Shown here in pieces: positions 59,769 to 64,000 of a stretch of 64,000 nucleotides of DNA (its first letter is position 1; each line of letters opens with the position of its first letter). The DNA lies in contig BCGN01000001.1 of assembly GCA_001599295.1 (NCBI GenBank), forward strand, positions 1,116,001-1,180,000. Reading direction: 5' to 3'. Under the pieces are notes generated by a model. The model ran no database searches. It saw only the letters and a program-made list of their open reading frames with translations, and was not told where the DNA came from. Source of the stretch: Sporopachydermia quercuum (Eukaryota). The position numbers were made by a program, and so were the translations under genes.

Positions 59769-62202
59769 ATATATGTATCACGGGTGTATTATGAAAATCA
59801 CTATTCGTATGATGTATGGATACAGTAGTGGGTTGGTGTGATTTTACAGTATGTTAGAATATCTGATTGACATTATAATTAATTTTCTACTTATTATACT
59901 TTTTTAATAGTATTTGAGCTTTCTTATTTCTCTGTATAATTATTTGATCAACTGTTTATATTGAATGTGTATTATTACTTTTCTTTTCTATTATATATAT
60001 GTATTCACAATATGAGTCAAATGAAAGTAAATTCGAAACAAGAGCTGGCAACGGTGTCAGCCAAGGAAAAAGAAAGAACTCCGTATGAAAGTGTATACTT
60101 TATGTGCTATCCAAACAATCAGACCTTCTTGGTTAACAAGCTGTTTAGAGAAGGTGTTCCTTATTAAATACAGAGACCTCATTGAAACACCACATACACT
60201 GTTTCTCCTAAATTTCTTTTACAATTGGTCATCATGAACCTTAAGGTTGTATGAAGGATATTTCCCTTGCCTAATAAGGAGCTTACATAAACGCTAATTT
60301 GTGGTAGGGCCTCTTTCATTGATGTAACGATATTGCTTCTTTTTCTTCTTCGAAAATATTCTTAGAAAGAAAAAGAGAATTTAGTTTCAAGAGTCTATTT
60401 GATCCTAAAATCAGTCACTTATGATATAAACAGTCATGGAACAAAAAATGAAGTTAATAACTTTCACTCTTATAATGAAAAATTCATCTGGAATGTTGAA
60501 TAGTTAGATGAGTCATTAGGGTCTAGTGGCAAATAACGTTGGATATTAAGAGACATGATTGAAAATACAATTAACTCTAAGATATATGGAATAAGGTTAA
60601 ACTGTAATTTCCGAATCTAACCTTAATTGATATATTCTTTTGAATGTTACAGATTTTCCTCTTAAGAAGCTGCATAGTCATAGTAAAAAGTAATCAAACA
60701 GTATTCTGAAATGAAAAACGTATATTAAATAATGTGATTTAATTTATAATTATAACCGGTTTTTCTCACTCTCTACATGTAATGAAGGATGATCTTTTTT
60801 GTACCGCAGACGATGCTATGAGAATTTCGTTCTGATAGATTATGGTTTTTGTACCTATTATTACCTTATTCATGCTAAGTCAATTGATAAAATTGTTCTA
60901 ATTAGTAATAGATGGATGGAAAAAATAAACTTGGGAAAAACAATGTGACAGTTGACGATTGACTCATTTTGAATATTATTACCTCTTAAGTGATAAGTGA
61001 AGGAAAGTTTAAGTATTAAGAAAGAAGAAAGATTAGTAATTAGTAAGTTTATCATTATCTTTTTCAAAGGAGGTTTCTTATAAATAGTTGATTCATTGGC
61101 TTAACATAAACAGATGAATGTAACAAGACTGTGGATGGGCTTGAATCAGAGAAGTAATGATCACTCCAACTGCAACCACAACTTTGTCGATAGACAATAG
61201 AACAGCTTTTTGAAGTAAGTATTTTTAGTACCCAATTTAACACATATGCTTCAAACTAAATGAATGCAAAAAAGAAAGAAAAAAAGAAAGAAAAAAAAAA
61301 AGAAAGGGAAAAGGTGCTGATAATGTTTTCTCCTAAACGTTTCTGATCTCAACGTTTGAGAATATCCTAAATCAAAACTCCTCTTCTGGAAAACTCATAA
61401 CCATCATAAACTCTCAACGAACATAGCAAAGATTCTACTCTACTCTTCCTGCAGATCATCAATTCTCTGCATTTCTGTCCCATTACTCCACAGCATTCAT
61501 AATATCAAGCTTTTCATCACATCTACTTTCTCTCTCCTTTTCTGAAGAATACCGTATACATCATGTGACATTGACCCTTAGAATTAAAATAGCAGTTGAT
61601 ATGCATTAGCATGTGGGTTGGGTTAAACGTTAACTTAATTACCCCAAACCAGATTTATCTTCTAATCCGAAGTTAATTCATGAATACTGAGGAACTTCCG
61701 GTAAACATTAATGAAAAAAAAAGAAATTCAGATCCAGACTTGGGAAGCAGTAATGAAATGAGAAGGAAGATGCTTCCAGAGAATTATCAGATCGTTAATT
61801 GTCTTCTAGTCTATACATTTGATAGCGTGATAATTACTGTGTAAGATAAATATTGAAAACGGGCTTATTATTTCTCTTTTTCACAAAGTCACGGCGCATC
61901 GAAGTGATGGTATATGATAACATGAGGAGGTAGGTATGTGGGTAGATGAATTGTCAGATAACTATTAACTTTACAGTATGCTTTATTGAAATCAATAGAA
62001 AGAGGAGAAAGATCTTGCTTATATTCGTCGTTTATCGAATGTTATGATATTCATTAATGTTCCTTACTATGCAACAGCACAGGTTATCAATCGCATTCTA
62101 ACCAATTCTTCTAGAAAGTAGAATCCATGATCATCAGCTAATCCGTCAGTCCTTTGTGTGAGATTTATCAACTTTTTCTTCGAAAACTAAATAAGCATCA
62201 AT

Positions 62203-64000
62203 ATGCCATTGGTTAATAACCATTTGGATCAATTTATCTACAAAGAACATACCTGTACAAGTAGTATATCAACAAACAGGAATTTAGCTTTAGAAGTATT
62301 TGCATCTGAGTGTCCGTTATATATGACACATTACCAAACAAACAACTCTTCGAAACTCCTGAGGGAGGCTGTATCAGATGAGCTAGATTCTAATCCTGAA
62401 GATGACAACCGCTCACAGCAAGTTCTTCCAGATTATGTTGATATTCTGAAGGAATCGGAGTCACTGCCGAACTGGGATCAACATGGTTATGTTGTTGCTT
62501 CGGATTCGCAGTCGCTATTGAGTTCATTGGTGAGTAGAGATCATGAAATGGACCCAAGCACTACCAATGAATCAGAATATGTCTCATCACTGACCTCTAA
62601 TAGTGAAGAGTTGATGGTTCCTCATATTCATGCGCAACAACCTAGTATGTCTCCAAACAGATCGTCAAGAGACAGTTACCATCAGTTACCATCAATACCT
62701 TCATTAGCTACTAAGGTGAATATCGCGATTGAATTGCTGCCGTCTACCGCGAACTTATCAAAAATAACATCTGTAACCGAATATACAAATGGTGATATTT
62801 TATCAGGTATAGCAACTGTAACCAACGTATCAATGAAAGCAGTCAAATTCAGTGATTTCATCATTAAGCTACAAGGAGTTGTTGCATCAGAGCTAGATGG
62901 TACATTTCAGAGGTCTGTCAATGAGCGAGTGTTTCTGAAAGTATATGATCACACTGCTTGTTTCAATGGTTTTAATAATGAGAATGATCTACCTAAAGAC
63001 CAGATATTACCACCAAAAAGTTCTTTCAAAATCCCTTTCAAATTCGTTATCCCATACAACTTGCTAGAAACAGCTTGCTCTTGCGAGCTGTTAAGTCACC
63101 GAATACTACCGCCTTCGTACGGCATTGATACTAGTTTTGCTTCAGCTTCTACAAAGAAAGACTTCAAAGTGAAGGAACCTTTAGGCTATTTTGCTGCTGG
63201 GAAACCAGGTACGTTACTGGTAATAGATGACAAATCTTCCCCATTATGGTCAACAACCTATTCAATTGTTGCAATAATGACAGCGGATATTGAATCTGAT
63301 CAAAGTAGCAAGAAGATGCAAAAACCTTCATTAATGCCAATGAGATCAGACTCCTCGTCTAATGCAAATTTTCCTATGGCGGTTGGGTTATCGCCCTCAA
63401 CAACTCATGATAGTGGTGGTACGGGCGTTATCAAAAAAAGAACGTTCTATTTAAGGTTCAAACCAACGATTAATGCTTCTCAGAAATTAACTCTGCAAAA
63501 TGATTTAACCCCTAATAACAAACTGAAGTTTCAACAGATGATTAACAGTTATCTTGACTACTGCAGGAGAAACATAGCAACAATTGAGCCAACGTTCGAT
63601 TATGATACAGCTGAAGCTAATGAACTGATCAATTCCTTATCAAGAAATAGCTCCTCTGAGAAAATGAATACTGCTTCATCAACAACAGTCTTCAGAGGTA
63701 AACGGTTCATATTCAATCACCCAGAAATAGAGGAGACTGCTGATATCGATATCATCAATAACTACATTACAGAAAGATTTCAACTAGCAAAAACAAGTAA
63801 ACTTTTCCATAAAACAACTTTTAAGCATAAACATGCAACAAAATCAGATAAGGCAGAGACGTTGCCAGAGTTGACCATCAAATGTAAGTTTGATGAACTG
63901 AAAAATATTCCAACAAAACTTCCAAAAATCATTGAGAAAACAAATGAAAGATTATACTCTTCGGGGTCGTTGGAAGACTATTTAACTCATATTCCCTTAA
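62203..64000 (+). CDS. BUL1: Bul1/Bul2-like Rsp5 adaptor, 5' part (runs off right edge)
   Basis: ATG at 62203, open to the edge. PY-type LPDY and Bul1_N-like EYTNGDILSG, FLKVYD, FKFVIPYNLLETAC and HRILPPSYGID. Confidence 0.75.
   Translation, partial: MPLVNNHLDQFIYKEHTCTSSISTNRNLALEVFASECPLYMTHYQTNNSSKLLREAVSDELDSNPEDDNRSQQVLPDYVDILKESESLPNWDQHGYVVASDSQSLLSSLVSRDHEMDPSTTNESEYVSSLTSNSEELMVPHIHAQQPSMSPNRSSRDSYHQLPSIPSLATKVNIAIELLPSTANLSKITSVTEYTNGDILSGIATVTNVSMKAVKFSDFIIKLQGVVASELDGTFQRSVNERVFLKVYDHTACFNGFNNENDLPKDQILPPKSSFKIPFKFVIPYNLLETACSCELLSHRILPPSYGIDTSFASASTKKDFKVKEPLGYFAAGKPGTLLVIDDKSSPLWSTTYSIVAIMTADIESDQSSKKMQKPSLMPMRSDSSSNANFPMAVGLSPSTTHDSGGTGVIKKRTFYLRFKPTINASQKLTLQNDLTPNNKLKFQQMINSYLDYCRRNIATIEPTFDYDTAEANELINSLSRNSSSEKMNTASSTTVFRGKRFIFNHPEIEETADIDIINNYITERFQLAKTSKLFHKTTFKHKHATKSDKAETLPELTIKCKFDELKNIPTKLPKIIEKTNERLYSSGSLEDYLTHIPL

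Noticed and set aside
59900..61200. Additional structured block after MBP1
   Set aside because: Stems seen were mostly short and AT-only, not distinguishable by eye from background.
1..64000. Transposons/LTRs, and scattered single n bases as lesions
   Set aside because: No transposase, RT, LTR pair or TIR+TSD was seen. The n bases preserve reading frames and look like masking or ambiguity.

Overview
AT-rich nuclear DNA from an intron-rich budding yeast (Saccharomycotina-like; CUG reads as Leu; retains complex I, Aquarius and a Tay1/Teb1-type telomeric Myb protein). I support about 18 protein genes: a left-edge partial ORF, TAY1-like, RBA50, a DDR2/HOR7-like microprotein, GAR1, Aquarius/CWF11, a possible small GPI protein, TEL1, RPL23, SLX8, an S/T-rich orphan, MIC10, PRD1, a DUF2433-type phosphoesterase-fold protein, NDUFB2, a DHA1 MFS pump, MBP1-like and a right-edge BUL1-like. 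There is one tRNA-Glu(CUC) and 13 spliceosomal introns, which I reconstructed by hand. Three spliced microgenes are missing or mis-called in the ORF track. The main unexplained signal is that almost every long gene-free gap holds a roughly 0.5-1.3 kb ORF-less block of nested, strand-biased (G.U-containing) helices. Five of these blocks share an AGGUG...CA-(2-3 nt bulge)-CY helix. This suggests a dispersed family of large structured non-coding RNAs. One block (37.6-38.9 kb) also has an Sm site and a template-like segment and is a telomerase RNA candidate. All folding was done by eye in AT-rich DNA and needs shuffled-sequence and covariation tests.
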